Below are positions 8,335 through 17,696 of a stretch of DNA of 64,000 nucleotides, in pieces. The translations under genes and the position numbers were made by a program. The notes beneath the pieces are model-generated. The model made no database searches. It saw nothing but the letters and a program-made list of their open reading frames with translations, and had not been told where the DNA came from. The DNA lies in IMG/VR virus record IMGVR_UViG_3300029774_000001; one strand, written 5' to 3'. Origin of the DNA: a virus. The stretch's first letter is position 1, and each line of letters opens with the position of its first letter.

Positions 8335-8362
8335 ATAGGGCTATGTTTGTAGCCCTATTTTT
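8335..8362 (+). terminator. rho-independent terminator overlapping a -7 box
   Basis: Stem atagggcta (8335..8343) / tagccctat (8350..8358), loop tgtttg, then a tttt run. The same bases contain TAtgTTTG at 8342..8349, with TTTG at 8318..8321 lying 20 nt upstream. Confidence 0.6.
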
Positions 8363-8376
8363 AAATCTGAAATAAA

Positions 8377-9831
8377 ATGGCTCAAAAGTTGTCTGCCGGA
8401 TTCATGGCAGAATTATTCAAGCTTGTGTATATGGATTTGAATATCACCAGGATGGTGGTAAATAATCTGACTTATCAGTTAATACCCAAAGAGTGGCCCG
8501 GGTTCAAATTCTTGCTAAAAGAGGCAACAGAAGTATTAAAGGAAAAAGATAAGGTTCCTTCTTTGGGCGTGGTGTCCCAAAAATACGCTGATAGTGATTT
8601 TGTGATTGAAGCGATAGATGCTGTGCAGTCAGCCGCCAAAGTAGACAAGGAAATCATTATAGACCAGTTGGAAGCGTACATTAAAGATGTGGAATTCCAG
8701 CTACTTTCTAAAAAAGTACATGATTTGTACGAAGAAGGAAAGAAAGAAGATGCTATACGGGTAAATGCGGAAGAGAGCCAAAGAATTTTATCCCTATCAT
8801 TAAGGCATGAGGCAGGCGGTTTTCAGAAAGTGTTCTCTGATTTTGACAAACGAATGAAGAGGAGACGGGAAGAAGAAGAGGGGGAGGTTCCATCACGCGT
8901 AATGTTCGGACTTGATAAGATAGACCAGATTTCAGAAGGCGGTGCCACAATGGAAGATACCGTGTTATGGATAATGCGTTCGGGTGTCGGTAAGTCTACT
9001 GTATTGAGATATCACGGTATGCAGGCAGCTTTTGACGGACACCCGGTCTTGCATATACAGTTGGAGGGCGGTGCGCGTGCGTGTCTGGAAAGATACGACC
9101 AGTTTTGGACCGGGCAAAAATACGGGAACATCAGAAAAGGTGTCATAGATGACAAGTTAGCCGAGAAAATAGAAAAGGCTTTTGAAAACATGAAATCCTA
9201 TTCCAAGGACATAGATGTTTATTCTTTTGAAAAATTCGGGCAGGCTACTATGGTGGATATCCGTAACGTGATAGTTTCCTATTACAAGAAAAACGGTTAT
9301 TATCCGCATGTATTGATATTGGATTCGTTAGACCTTGTGGCAACAGGAACAAATAGAGTTGTAGACAATAACCCTACATTCAAAAAAGAAAAATTACAGA
9401 CATGTGCACAACTTTTGAAAAATTTATGTGTAGAGTTTAAAATGGTGGGATTTACGGCAGCACAAGCCGGAAATGTGCCGTTGGAAATATGGGACAATTC
9501 GGACAAAGTGATAGACAGAAGCTATACGGAAGGGGACAGGACACTTGTAAAGCCGTTTTCCTTTGTGTTTACCGGGAACCGGACAAGAGAGGAAAAGAAA
9601 CAGAACATAATGCGTATCTATATGGATAAGGTACGCGATTATGATACGGTAAAAGATACCTTCCCTATTGTGACGGATTACGGCAGGGGACGTTTTTGTG
9701 ACAAGGCGCTGACAGCCGAATATTACGGAGGTGACAAGGGTTTCACGTCCTCTACTTCTGAAAAGAAGACAAGAAAGAAAAAGGACGAAGGCGGTGAAAA
9801 GCAAAATGATGTTAAAACAGAGGTGATTTAG
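8377..9831 (+). CDS. dnaB: DnaB/T4 gp41-like replicative DNA helicase
   Basis: Walker A 'MRSGVGKSTVL' and Walker B-like 'VLILDSLD', with a ~190-aa N-terminal domain before the RecA-like core. The gene lies just upstream of the primase. Confidence 0.8.
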   Translation: MAQKLSAGFMAELFKLVYMDLNITRMVVNNLTYQLIPKEWPGFKFLLKEATEVLKEKDKVPSLGVVSQKYADSDFVIEAIDAVQSAAKVDKEIIIDQLEAYIKDVEFQLLSKKVHDLYEEGKKEDAIRVNAEESQRILSLSLRHEAGGFQKVFSDFDKRMKRRREEEEGEVPSRVMFGLDKIDQISEGGATMEDTVLWIMRSGVGKSTVLRYHGMQAAFDGHPVLHIQLEGGARACLERYDQFWTGQKYGNIRKGVIDDKLAEKIEKAFENMKSYSKDIDVYSFEKFGQATMVDIRNVIVSYYKKNGYYPHVLILDSLDLVATGTNRVVDNNPTFKKEKLQTCAQLLKNLCVEFKMVGFTAAQAGNVPLEIWDNSDKVIDRSYTEGDRTLVKPFSFVFTGNRTREEKKQNIMRIYMDKVRDYDTVKDTFPIVTDYGRGRFCDKALTAEYYGGDKGFTSSTSEKKTRKKKDEGGEKQNDVKTEVI

Positions 9832-9893
9832 ACATAAGCACTTGCGTATGTCATAACATAATCTTATCTTTGTAGTGTCTTCTTAAGGGAGGC
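9806..9893 (+). promoter_or_regulatory. promoter/operator cassette copy 3 (overlaps the helicase 3' end)
   Basis: 'aatgatgttaaaacagaggtgatttag' encodes the last helicase codons. Palindrome at 9831..9852; -7 box TAtcTTTG at 9865..9872; then 'gtcttcttaagggaggc', shared with copy 8. Confidence 0.6.
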
Positions 9894-9965
9894 AAGAAAA
9901 GAAGGTGAAAGACTGTAAAGAACATCTTTTTTGGGATATATTGTTTATGAATTAGTTTAGAGGAT

Positions 9966-10298
9966 ATGAAAAGATATAAAGTTGGAGAAGTATTTGAATA
10001 CGAAGGCATGATATTGAAAGCGATAGAAGATGATTTGAAACAAGAAGAAAGTGGATGTAAATATTGTGCTTTAAACAAATTTGTGTGCAGCCATATAGAT
10101 TGTGGTACAAGAATGAATCCAAGTATTCGTTTTATTGAAGTTTCAAAAGAAAAACTTTTTGCGGATGCACTGCCAATAATCCAAGGTGCGCCTATGCCAC
10201 CGCTTGAAGATAATACGAATTTTCTTGATGATTTGGATTTGAAGCCGAAAAAGAAAAGCTTTTGGAAACGGTTAATGTTTTGGAGGAAAGATGTTTAG
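9966..10298 (+). CDS. hypothetical protein (Cys cluster)
   Basis: 110-aa ORF containing 'CKYCALNKFVCSHIDCG'. Confidence 0.55.
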   Translation: MKRYKVGEVFEYEGMILKAIEDDLKQEESGCKYCALNKFVCSHIDCGTRMNPSIRFIEVSKEKLFADALPIIQGAPMPPLEDNTNFLDDLDLKPKKKSFWKRLMFWRKDV

Positions 10299-11292
10299 GG
10301 TTGACAAAAACGAGGTAATATCCGAATTGAATTTGTCCTTGTTCGGAGCAAAAGGTTTCATGCAGGATAGGAACAAGGAATGCCCTTTTTGTAATAAAAA
10401 AGGGAAATGGGGGATAAAATTCAACGATGCCGGGAATAATGGTGCATTCCATTGTTTCAAATGTGGCATGAAAACCACCTTAAAAAAATTCTTGGAGAAG
10501 ATAGGAAGAAAAGACCTCATAAAGCAGGATTACGAGAACACGATAAAGATGCAGAAATTGACCCCTCTAATAGACGATGAAGAAGAGGAAACAGCAGAGG
10601 AAATCAAGGAATGCACCCTTCCTAAAAAACTGGAATATATAGAAAAGGACGAATATTTGGATAAGAGGGGGTTTGTGAAAAGATATTATGAAGAATTCCG
10701 TCCGGCAGAAACAAAATTCTTTCTTGAAAGAAAGCTGCACGATAAGTTCATATTCCAGTTTACAATGAACGGCAAATTAGCCGCATGGCTGGCACGCTCA
10801 AAGAAAAGTAAGGAGTGGCACGAAGAGAACCTTCAAAGATTCAAGGAGGGCAAAGAAAAGCTTGTATTGAGGTATGAAAATTCACGTGACGGATTCTCCC
10901 ATGTGATAGGAGGATATGACAATATAACGGACGAGACGGACACGGTTATAATCGTGGAAGGAATGTTCGACTACATATCGGTAGACACGAAGCTGCACCT
11001 TTATGAATCGCCCGATATAAAGTGCGTGTTTACATTCGGTAACAATATGGGGCTAAGCCAGATAAGGTTATTGAGGGACAAACCGGGCATAAGGAATGTG
11101 ATTCTGATGTATGACCCGGACAAACCGGAAATGATTAAGACAGTATCAATGACCCTACAAAGGTACTTCAATGTGCAGATTGCCGAACTGGAAGATAAAA
11201 AGAAAGACCCTGGGGACGCAACACAGGAAGAACTCTTATGGGCGCTTGACAATATGACGGAACCGATTAATTATTATACTAAGCATTTATAG
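10291..11292 (+). CDS. dnaG: DNA primase (zinc finger + TOPRIM)
   Basis: CHC2-type finger 'CPFCNKKGKWG...FHCFKCG' and TOPRIM acidic motifs 'IIVEGMFDYISV' and 'LMYDPDKPE...KKDPGD'. Confidence 0.8.
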   Translation: MFRVDKNEVISELNLSLFGAKGFMQDRNKECPFCNKKGKWGIKFNDAGNNGAFHCFKCGMKTTLKKFLEKIGRKDLIKQDYENTIKMQKLTPLIDDEEEETAEEIKECTLPKKLEYIEKDEYLDKRGFVKRYYEEFRPAETKFFLERKLHDKFIFQFTMNGKLAAWLARSKKSKEWHEENLQRFKEGKEKLVLRYENSRDGFSHVIGGYDNITDETDTVIIVEGMFDYISVDTKLHLYESPDIKCVFTFGNNMGLSQIRLLRDKPGIRNVILMYDPDKPEMIKTVSMTLQRYFNVQIAELEDKKKDPGDATQEELLWALDNMTEPINYYTKHL

Positions 11293-11350
11293 TATTGATT
11301 TTTTGCCATTTATCCTAATTTTTGTTAGATTTGAAGTCAAAAATAAGGAT

Positions 11351-11842
11351 ATGGAAAAATCGCGGAAAATCAGTCTGGAGCAGTTTGTAATTAACTTGCA
11401 ATTGGAGTATTTGAGTTGTAGATTACGCTCGATAGTTTACAATCGTATAGAAAGTGTCGAGCTTGTGAAGATATATAAGGACATAGCGGAGAAGAAGAAA
11501 GCAAAAATTCTGAACTTGAAACAAAGGTTCCGTCTTGGTACGATGTTCGATAGCGACAAGGCGTTTTCTGATTTTTATTTGAAGGAATTTTTGCAGGAAT
11601 ACGGGTTGCCGAACTTGCAATATTCGGAGAAAACGAAAAAGTCGGTTATGTTTTGGGACAGGTTCCACCTATTGAAACCAGGCACTATAGTGATATACAA
11701 GGGAAAGGAATATAAGGTGAAAATAAACCATCCAAATGACGATAATGTGGTAATATGGGTTAATGACATACCGGAACAGATTCCTTATACCTACTTCAAA
11801 ATGAGATGGTTAGAAAAAATCGATATGAAAGATTTAAAATAA
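11351..11842 (+). CDS. hypothetical protein
   Basis: Track ORF 11303..11842 (non-ATG start). The first ATG, at 11351 (MEKSRK), is preferred. Confidence 0.55.
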   Translation: MEKSRKISLEQFVINLQLEYLSCRLRSIVYNRIESVELVKIYKDIAEKKKAKILNLKQRFRLGTMFDSDKAFSDFYLKEFLQEYGLPNLQYSEKTKKSVMFWDRFHLLKPGTIVIYKGKEYKVKINHPNDDNVVIWVNDIPEQIPYTYFKMRWLEKIDMKDLK

Positions 11843-11853
11843 TGGAGATAACA

Positions 11854-11886
11854 TTTGTTTATCTCAAAATTAAATTGTTATATTTG
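11854..11886 (+). promoter_or_regulatory. Bacteroidota-type promoter (-33 TTTG / -7 TAtaTTTG)
   Basis: TTTG at 11854..11857 and TAtaTTTG at 11879..11886, 21-nt spacing, 23 nt upstream of ATG 11910. Confidence 0.55.
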
Positions 11887-11909
11887 CAGTGTAATTAAAG
11901 AACAAAAGT

Positions 11910-12437
11910 ATGAATTATTTCGAGTATGAAGAAAAGGCGGCTACTACAGCTTGCTATAACGAAAAAGTGGCTTTGTCCTATGTGACGCTTGGCTTGTGTT
12001 CGGAGATGGGAGAAACTTACGAGAAAATCAATAACGAGGCAGAAACGGAAGAAATCTCTAAAGAAATCGGAGATATGTTTTGGTATCTCGCTATGATTCG
12101 TAAAGAATGCAATCTCGATATTGAGGGTTGGGATTGGAAAGAAGCTTTGGCAAATGCGGAAGGTGCAGGCGTGTTTGATTTGCCCGTGGAAGTCGGAAAG
12201 ATTGCAGACCAGGTTAAAAAGTGGTTGCGTGATGATTGGAAAGAAGCCGAGCAGAATGTATTCCCGGAAGCAAGAAAGAAAGCTGTTTTGGAAGCCTGGA
12301 AAAACGCCTGGAAGGTTATAAACAGTATGATTAACCGCGTCGGTCTTGATACGGAAAAGATTGCCGAGCAGAATATCGAAAAACTGTTTTCACGCAAACA
12401 GCGTGACAAAATTCATGGAGCAGGAGACAACAGATGA
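11910..12437 (+). CDS. mazG: MazG-like nucleoside triphosphate pyrophosphohydrolase
   Basis: 'GLCSEMGETYEKI' and 'EIGDMFWYLAMI' match the MazG EExxE / ElgDvlwyl helices. Confidence 0.75.
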   Translation: MNYFEYEEKAATTACYNEKVALSYVTLGLCSEMGETYEKINNEAETEEISKEIGDMFWYLAMIRKECNLDIEGWDWKEALANAEGAGVFDLPVEVGKIADQVKKWLRDDWKEAEQNVFPEARKKAVLEAWKNAWKVINSMINRVGLDTEKIAEQNIEKLFSRKQRDKIHGAGDNR

Positions 12438-13015
12438 GAAATTTTGACAAAATATTAATGACCGGGGCGCAGGGTACAGGGAAAACAACCCTATTGAAAG
12501 CCTTGCAGAACGAACCGGAATTTGACAACTGGAAGTTTTACACGAATGTTGTCAGAACGATGGTTGAAGAAGAGGGAATAGCCATCAATAAGGAGGGTAC
12601 TTCTGAATCACAAAAGAAAATATTCGACAAATACACTCAAATAATGGAAGATGCTATGAAACAACCTTCCATTAGTGACAGATGTATTATTGATGTGAAC
12701 GCGTACACTTCATGGCTTTTTGACAACTGTAATCCGAAAGACAAGGATTATAACAACCTGGCAGAAGAGGACTTCAAAGAAAAGCGCCAGATTGTAAAAC
12801 GGAAATACGAATTTCCTTTGCTTGTCTATCTTCCTATTACATTCAGATTGCAGGGTGACGGTGCGCGTTCGGAAGACGAGGAATACCAGAAGGAAATCGA
12901 CCGTAAAATAAAGCAGATTGTCGATAATTACGGAATACCATATATTTCTGTTTCCGGTTCAACGGAAGAACGTGTGCAGCAGATTAAGGATGCCGTATTT
13001 GGAAAGGAGAAGTAA
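12434..13015 (+). CDS. P-loop NTPase, NadR/AAA_28-like (putative nucleoside or nucleotide kinase)
   Basis: Walker A 'MTGAQGTGKTTLLKAL' near the N-terminus of a 193-aa protein. ATGA overlap with mazG. Confidence 0.55.
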   Translation: MRNFDKILMTGAQGTGKTTLLKALQNEPEFDNWKFYTNVVRTMVEEEGIAINKEGTSESQKKIFDKYTQIMEDAMKQPSISDRCIIDVNAYTSWLFDNCNPKDKDYNNLAEEDFKEKRQIVKRKYEFPLLVYLPITFRLQGDGARSEDEEYQKEIDRKIKQIVDNYGIPYISVSGSTEERVQQIKDAVFGKEK

Positions 13016-13019
13016 GACA

Positions 13020-13379
13020 ATGGAAGTTTCTTTGTTGACTTTGAGAAATGTGGGACGGAAGCTTGGAATGCAGAACGTTTCCGGATTTAAGAAAGAAGAC
13101 CTTTTGCAGCAGGTTGTCGAAAGACTGGAAGCAAAAGGAAAGACGATTGAAGAATATGCAAAGGAAGTTTCGATAAATACCCAAAAGGGGTATGTCAAGA
13201 AAAAGTTTAACCTTTCACCTAAAGGAAAAAACCCGTACAAGAAAGGAAGTATATCGTATAAGGTGTGGGAAGAACTCGCAAAGAATGACGGTCGTTCATT
13301 CAGCCGGATTGCAAAAGAACTGGGAACGCATTACAACGTTGTTTCCGTTTGTTGCAGGAACCATTTTAATAAATCATAA
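13020..13379 (+). CDS. hypothetical DNA-binding protein (SAP/Rho-N-like N-terminus, HTH-like C-terminus)
   Basis: Track ORF 12918..13379 with the start moved to ATG 13020. Contains 'FKKEDLLQQVVERLE' and 'SFSRIAKELGTHYNVVSV'. Confidence 0.45.
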   Translation: MEVSLLTLRNVGRKLGMQNVSGFKKEDLLQQVVERLEAKGKTIEEYAKEVSINTQKGYVKKKFNLSPKGKNPYKKGSISYKVWEELAKNDGRSFSRIAKELGTHYNVVSVCCRNHFNKS

Positions 13380-13410
13380 ACTTGCCGTTTTTATTTGGAT
13401 TTGATTTCAT

Positions 13411-13445
13411 GGGGAGTGTAAGTAAAATACACTTCACTCCCCTTT
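13411..13445 (+). terminator. hairpin/terminator candidate
   Basis: Stem ggggagtg (13411..13418) / cactcccc (13435..13442) followed by ttt. The loop is long, so the call is only moderate. Confidence 0.4.
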
Positions 13446-13458
13446 ACACCCTAAAAAT

Positions 13459-15054
13459 ATGGAAGAGTTGTATAAAGACTTAATCAAATATTTGGAAGAT
13501 AATTTTTTGTCTTTCAATGTTTTAGATAATTATATTGTAGAAATTGACGGGCAGACATTTGAATTGTTCGAGCCTTTTAAGTGGGATAAGGACGAAAACG
13601 GGATTTTCTTTGACGATTCGTTCCAGTGGGTAGGAGATAGGACAGAATGTGATAACTATGTTTTCCGGTTTGGCGATGTATGGTATTATCTGAAAAAGGG
13701 AGACGAAAACAAGGTAAAACTTAACCGATTGCAGTATATCGGAAAAGCGAATTTGTTTGACGAAAGTTTGAGGTTTGACACCTATATAGGAGTGCATGGT
13801 AATTTTGAGTTGATGAACGGGATGCACTTTTATTCCGACTGGGTGGAAAAGGCGAAATTCATGGGGATAAGGGCGCTTGGCATATGCGAAAAGAATACGC
13901 TTGCATCAGCGTTCAAGTTTCAAAATGCGTGTCTAAAAAGCGACATAAGACCTATATTCGGTATGGAAGTTACCGTATATAATGAACAGAAGGACGTTAG
14001 ATATACGGTAAAACTGATAGTCAAGAATAAGGAGGGGTGGAATAACCTATTGAAAATAAACAAAATTCTGAATGTTGACGAAAAAGGTTTTATCACGGAA
14101 AAGGAATTGCAGGAAATGAAAGACGGATGTTTTCTACTACTTGACCCGAAAACATGTACGTTTGAAAATCTCCCTATATTGTCAAGAAAATGGAATGACA
14201 CTTATTACCAGCTTGATACCGTGGAATACAAGAAGAATGACCGGGATAAAAAATATCTTGACAATCTGAAAAAGTTCGTGGGTGTGTATAAGCCCGTGGC
14301 GGTATGTGACGCTTGGTACCTGGAAAGACGGTGCGCCCCTATAAGAGAAAAGCTTAACAGATTGGCAAAGGTAGTGAATTATGAGAGTGACAACCAGTAC
14401 ATGAAGAACTATCAAGAGTATTACGAAGAACTGTCAAAACTGATATTGGACGAAGACAAGTTTTTCGGACTGTTTGAAGAAGCTTTGGTAAATCTTAATT
14501 ACATATCGGTAAATTGTAATTATTTGCTGGAGACACAAGTACGGCATGCACCCCAATATGTAATGACAGAAGAGGAGAAAAAGAAATATTCGTCCAATAC
14601 AGAAATGTTTGAATCGCTTGTATTTGACGGACTGGCAGAACATCCGGAAATACTGGATAGATACAGTGAAGAAGAACTGACGGAAAGACTGAACACGGAA
14701 ATATCCATCATAGAAGAAGGCGATGTAGTGGACTACTTTCTGATGCTGAGGGACATTATCAGATGGGGAAGGGATAATAACATTTTGGTCGGACTGGGGA
14801 GAGGCTCCTCCGCTGGCTCTTTGGTGTCCTATCTTCTTGGTATTGTTAATGTAAACCCGTTGGAATACGAACTCCTATTCAGTCGATTTTTGACAAAGGG
14901 TCGTTTAATTCGGCATGAAGAGGAAGAAGTGGTAATGATAAACGGAGAAAAAGAAATATCCGGAAATGCTTTTATAAAGATTATCAGAAATGACGAGGAA
15001 ATGATAATCAGAGCGAAAGAGCTAAAAGAAGGTGACGAACTGATAAACGAATAG
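13459..15054 (+). CDS. dnaE: DNA polymerase III alpha (DnaE) N-terminal fragment: PHP domain to start of palm
   Basis: PHP-region motif 'ALGICEKNTLASAFKFQNACLKSDIRPIFGMEVTV'. '...GRGSSAGSLVSYLLGIVNVNPLEYELLFSRFLTKGR' is colinear with bacterial DnaE up to the residue before the SMPDIDxDF motif, followed by a 49-aa non-DnaE tail. Confidence 0.8.
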   Translation: MEELYKDLIKYLEDNFLSFNVLDNYIVEIDGQTFELFEPFKWDKDENGIFFDDSFQWVGDRTECDNYVFRFGDVWYYLKKGDENKVKLNRLQYIGKANLFDESLRFDTYIGVHGNFELMNGMHFYSDWVEKAKFMGIRALGICEKNTLASAFKFQNACLKSDIRPIFGMEVTVYNEQKDVRYTVKLIVKNKEGWNNLLKINKILNVDEKGFITEKELQEMKDGCFLLLDPKTCTFENLPILSRKWNDTYYQLDTVEYKKNDRDKKYLDNLKKFVGVYKPVAVCDAWYLERRCAPIREKLNRLAKVVNYESDNQYMKNYQEYYEELSKLILDEDKFFGLFEEALVNLNYISVNCNYLLETQVRHAPQYVMTEEEKKKYSSNTEMFESLVFDGLAEHPEILDRYSEEELTERLNTEISIIEEGDVVDYFLMLRDIIRWGRDNNILVGLGRGSSAGSLVSYLLGIVNVNPLEYELLFSRFLTKGRLIRHEEEEVVMINGEKEISGNAFIKIIRNDEEMIIRAKELKEGDELINE

Positions 15055-15058
15055 TTGT

Positions 15059-17134
15059 ATGATAGTAAAAAATATTGAAATAAAACGTCGGGCAAAGACC
15101 GTATTAGGGTCAATGCCAGATATAGATACCGACTTCCCAGGCAGAAGACGAGACGAAATAAAAGCTTACATGGAAGAACGGTTCGGTAAGGAGCAGGTTT
15201 GTTCGCTTGGCACCTATACTACTCTCCAGCTAAAAGAGGCAATATCGGACATGGCGCGTGCAGACGGCATACCAGTACAGTTATACAGATGGTTTACCGC
15301 TTGTATCGGAGATGACAAGGAAAAGACGATAGAGGAGTTTTTTAAGACTGTATGCGGAAAGGAAGACCTAAAGAAGTTCGTGAAGGAACATACAGAAACG
15401 TTCAACGACATGTTGGTAGTTCTTGGTTCACCTAAAAGCCAGTCAGTGCATGCGTGTGGAACCGTAGTGTTGCCAGATGGAAAAACATCCTACGAATGGA
15501 TGCCCGTACATACACAAAAAGGACTTGTAGTTACGGACTGGGAAGGTTCGGAAGTGGAAGAGGCAGGCTTCCTAAAGGAAGATGTTTTGGGTATCATACA
15601 GTTGGATAAGTTCGAGGAAATGTTACGCTTGATAAAGGAGAACCACGGAATAGATATTGACATATACAGCTTGCCTTTGGACGATAAGCAGGTATTCGAG
15701 TATGCAGGTAAAGGATGGCTGGGAGATGTTTTTCAGCTTGGTTCAGCAGGATTATCCGGATATTGCGTAAAAATGAAACCGGAAAACATAAACGAACTGT
15801 CTGCATGTGTGGCTCTCTACAGACCTGGACCTATGGAAAACAATTTCCACAACGAATATATTTTGCGGAAGAACGGGGAAAAGGACTGGACAGAAGAAAT
15901 GCCTATAGGCGGTGAAGAAGTGGTGAAGAAAGATTTTGGACTACTTGTCTATCAAGAAAGTATAATGTTATTAGCCCAAAAACTTGCCGGATTTGATTCT
16001 GAAACAACAGACCTTTTGCGTAAATGTTTGGGGAAGAAGGATTTAAAGAAGATAAAACTTTATAAAGACAAGTTTATTACTAATTATGCAAAAAATTTTG
16101 CTTCTAAGGGTGTCACAAAGGAATACGCGGAAAATCTTTGGAACCAAATGGAAGAGTTTGCAAAATATTCGTTCAACAAATCTCATTCCGTATGCTATGG
16201 TATGACCGCTTATATATGCCTATGGCTTAAGGTACATTATCCTATTGAGTATTGGAGTGCTACATTCTCGTTTGCGAAAGATGAAAAGATACCTTATTAT
16301 GTAAACGAAATACAGCAGTCCGGTGAGATAAAGATACATCCAGTAGATATCAACAAGTCAGATATAAACATTGTGTCCGATTATCGTACAAACAGTATGT
16401 ATTGGGCATTCAACGCAGTAAAACAATGTGGGGAAAGAGCACAGGAACATATATCGGAGGAGAAAAAGAAGAACGGGCCTTTTTTCTCTTTGGAGGAATT
16501 TATAGACAGATGTGTAATTAAAGGCAGTCCGGTAAATAAATCTGTCATTGAGAATTTGATATTTGCAGGAGCGTTCGACGAATTGGAGAATATCCAGGAA
16601 CCTAAAGACCGTTTGGCGCTTATTGAGATGTACCGCGAGAACAAAAGGGTTAAGATATTGGAGGATAAGGATTTACTTACCAATATTATGAAAGTCCGCA
16701 AAGAACGCAATAATTGGTGGTGGCTGTTGCAGCAAAAAAGAACGTCCGGTTTTGCATTTTTTGATTATTACGATTTGGTAAATGAATATCATATGCCTAA
16801 ATTAGACGACGAAACGGAATTCCAGGATGTGTCGCAGATAAAATTTTGGGACATTAATTCAAAGAAAACCCGTCGTGCCGTGATAGGCGGTTATGTGATT
16901 GAGATAATAGAGAGGAAAAGCAAGAAGGGCATATTTGCCACTATAGTATTGGAAAGTAATTATGAGTTTATAAATGTAACTATTTTCCCAGAGTTGTTTG
17001 AAGAATACGGAGAGTTTTTAAGGGGTAGTAAAAAGAACATTTTGTTGGTTAACGGTGTGATTGTGTGGGATAAGTTCAGAGGAGAATATATTTTGCAGGC
17101 GAATGTTAATTCATTGTTTACAGTATTGACGTAA
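15059..17134 (+). CDS. dnaE: DNA polymerase III alpha (DnaE) C-terminal fragment: catalytic palm, fingers, HhH, OB
   Basis: After 16-18 extra residues come 'SMPDIDTDF', then 'ALYRPGPM' and 'FAKYSFNKSHSVCYG'. It is in a different frame from the N-fragment, with only 4 nt between the ORFs. Confidence 0.8.
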   Translation: MIVKNIEIKRRAKTVLGSMPDIDTDFPGRRRDEIKAYMEERFGKEQVCSLGTYTTLQLKEAISDMARADGIPVQLYRWFTACIGDDKEKTIEEFFKTVCGKEDLKKFVKEHTETFNDMLVVLGSPKSQSVHACGTVVLPDGKTSYEWMPVHTQKGLVVTDWEGSEVEEAGFLKEDVLGIIQLDKFEEMLRLIKENHGIDIDIYSLPLDDKQVFEYAGKGWLGDVFQLGSAGLSGYCVKMKPENINELSACVALYRPGPMENNFHNEYILRKNGEKDWTEEMPIGGEEVVKKDFGLLVYQESIMLLAQKLAGFDSETTDLLRKCLGKKDLKKIKLYKDKFITNYAKNFASKGVTKEYAENLWNQMEEFAKYSFNKSHSVCYGMTAYICLWLKVHYPIEYWSATFSFAKDEKIPYYVNEIQQSGEIKIHPVDINKSDINIVSDYRTNSMYWAFNAVKQCGERAQEHISEEKKKNGPFFSLEEFIDRCVIKGSPVNKSVIENLIFAGAFDELENIQEPKDRLALIEMYRENKRVKILEDKDLLTNIMKVRKERNNWWWLLQQKRTSGFAFFDYYDLVNEYHMPKLDDETEFQDVSQIKFWDINSKKTRRAVIGGYVIEIIERKSKKGIFATIVLESNYEFINVTIFPELFEEYGEFLRGSKKNILLVNGVIVWDKFRGEYILQANVNSLFTVLT

Positions 17135-17146
17135 AGATATTTTGAT

Positions 17147-17677
17147 ATGAAAATTATGGTAGAAATCGGTACCAAGACCGTTGTTTTGGTATCACCGGAC
17201 AAGGACGAAGAAATAGAACTTGACGATGTTACGACAATCAATTACTCGAACCTCTATGGAGAGGCGGTAACGGTATCTGGATTGCTTAACAAGGTCGGTC
17301 TAATGAAAGTTGAATATGAGAAGAAAGCGAAGGAAGAGAAACTGTTTTGTGATGTGTTTGCAGCTAATTTGAGGAAGAAATTAAGGCGAGAAGCGGCTAC
17401 GAATGGAGGAAGAATAACGATTGATGGAGAATCTTTTAAGCTGACTGAAAAAGGATTGGAGGACGCTATATTACTCAATGAACAGTATCAGAAAAATCTG
17501 ATGAATCTTATTGAGATAGAATCGAAGCGAGACAAGTTAGACACCCTATTTTGGGCAGTACAAAGCAAGGACAAGAAACTTAACAATTTGTTGCCAAAGA
17601 TTGTACCGCAAGACTTTGAAAAAGAGCTTATTGAAGGAAAAATAAATACTTTTAAGATAGTGAAAACCGATTATTAA
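17147..17677 (+). CDS. hypothetical protein (replication-module accessory?)
   Basis: 176-aa ORF between dnaE and the SSB gene; no motif recognised. Confidence 0.55.
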   Translation: MKIMVEIGTKTVVLVSPDKDEEIELDDVTTINYSNLYGEAVTVSGLLNKVGLMKVEYEKKAKEEKLFCDVFAANLRKKLRREAATNGGRITIDGESFKLTEKGLEDAILLNEQYQKNLMNLIEIESKRDKLDTLFWAVQSKDKKLNNLLPKIVPQDFEKELIEGKINTFKIVKTDY

Positions 17678-17696
17678 TTTTTAAAAATTTTGTGTT

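Noticed and set aside
15044-15061. Programmed +1 frameshift fusing the two dnaE ORFs
   Set aside because: The frames overlap for only 8 nt (15047-15054). AAC-GAA-TAG offers no tRNA re-pairing in the +1 frame, and the C-fragment has its own ATG. Two separate polypeptides seems more likely.
14905-15112. Canonical split intein at the DnaE break
   Set aside because: There is no Cys/Ser at the first position of the insert and no His-Asn before the +1 Ser. The combined length (~65 aa) is about half a minimal Hint fold. I kept it only as a possible degenerate remnant.
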